NCBI RefSeq assembly: GCF_018977255.1 | Contig: NW_024704742.1 | Span: 94,800,001 to 94,864,000 of the forward strand | Reading direction: 5' to 3' | Origin: Callorhinchus milii | Taxonomy: Eukaryota | DNA length: 64,000 bases | Part shown: in pieces, positions 63,081 through 64,000 of the stretch | How the letters are laid out: each line of letters opens with the position of its first letter | How positions within the stretch are numbered: position 1 is the stretch's first letter | Program-made: the position numbers and the translations under genes | The notes under the pieces: model-generated | Told to the model about the DNA's origin: nothing | Database searches by the model: none | Seen by the model: the letters and a program-made list of their open reading frames with translations, nothing else

Positions 63081-63254
63081 CAAAAAAGAAAAAAGAGAAG
63101 GGAGTTTCACATTTATACTGAATAACATCACTTCATGGATGTTTGTAGGAGATTGCCCTTTGCAAATTGGCAAATTGCCCTGTTTGCCTTTAAAACCACA
63201 ATCACTATATTATACACTTACTGTGAAGCGCTTGAAAGACGTTTTGAACATAAC

Positions 63255-63378
63255 CTGGACTCGTTTAAAAAGCAGCTTGATGCTATGATGGGAGGACAGT
63301 AGCGTGGGTGTTCTGGAGGGATGAGGTCAGATGGGCTGAAGCTTTCATCTGAACCATTCTTGTGGCCTTGTGAATCCT
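63255..63378 (+). mobile_element. CR1 3' tail fragment
   Basis: TTTAAAAAGCAGCTTGATGCT..GATGAGGTCAGATGGGCTGAAG, same tail family as 61560-61630. Confidence 0.65.
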
Positions 63379-64000
63379 TACACTAAACAGCAGCTACTGT
63401 ACTGTACAGGATTCCAGTTCTTCAAATCCAAAACATTTCTGCTCGAGTATATAAATTGCTGCTATAAATCTCCGCTGCTTCACATTGATTACAAGACATT
63501 CATGCAGGAGACTTTTGACTGAGAAATAGTGCAGGTGCTTACTCCCAGTCTGGCTTCTTGCAAACATCTGACCCACCAAATAGAATGCAGAAGATAGCAG
63601 CTCGGTTTCTACCCCCTGCTTATTGGTTCTGGTCATTAGGCACTAATCTATTTTACTGTTAATTCAGAAAATATGAAGTCGCAGTAATTACACCAAAAAG
63701 ACAGCCACCAAAATCACTGCCGCTCTGGCTGACTAGATTACCAGACAAAACTAGTCTCCACCATAATTTTATTTCTTGGATTTACATTTGATTCCATAAT
63801 TTTCAAACTAAAGCACGGAATTCTTATAATGAGCGGGTGTCTGCAATTATACTGAGCAGTGCTGAAATCGCTGCTCAACAGCTGGAGTTTCTATACAGTA
63901 AACTCCTGATAATTCAACCATGGCTTAACTAGTTACTGTTGCTTAAGTTTTTAAGCGGCAGTGAGTAGTTTCATGTTTTTAATATTTATATTGCTGCATT

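Noticed and set aside
63408..63518. Possible minus-strand exon (KSLLHECLVINVKQRR..)
   Set aside because: Acceptor plausible but the donor CCT|GTACAG is poor
1..64000. CRISPR array, operon or prokaryotic defence/RT system
   Set aside because: Repeats are dispersed SINE/LINE tails without regular spacing; all RT motifs are non-LTR retrotransposon type

Overview
Repeat-rich vertebrate DNA, not prokaryotic. By inference from the repeat repertoire (HER1-like CR1 tails, Deu-domain SINEs, abundant L2), the host is probably a cartilaginous fish such as a chimaera or shark. Much of the window is retroelement debris: decayed CR1 LINEs, at least two L2 families including one near-full-length copy at ~51.3-55.9 kb, a tRNA-Ala-like SINE with an L2-type tail, older Deu-domain and AmnSINE2-like SINEs, Penelope-like termini and an RTE fragment. 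Nearly all ORFs in the supplied track are LINE remnants or noise. Three short minus-strand exons (38777-38859, 28595-28767, 9332-9362) have strong splice sites and join in one open frame, so the window appears to lie inside a large-intron protein-coding gene I could not identify. The most notable observations are a covarying two-tier 3' hairpin shared by the L2s and SINEs, a decayed hammerhead ribozyme in a Penelope-like terminus, a frameshifting deletion shared by two L2 copies, reciprocal and triple nesting of elements, and several perfect hairpins or palindromes. I found no intact, clearly novel gene system. Repeat boundaries are approximate and were placed by eye; family names come from recalled consensus motifs, not database searches.
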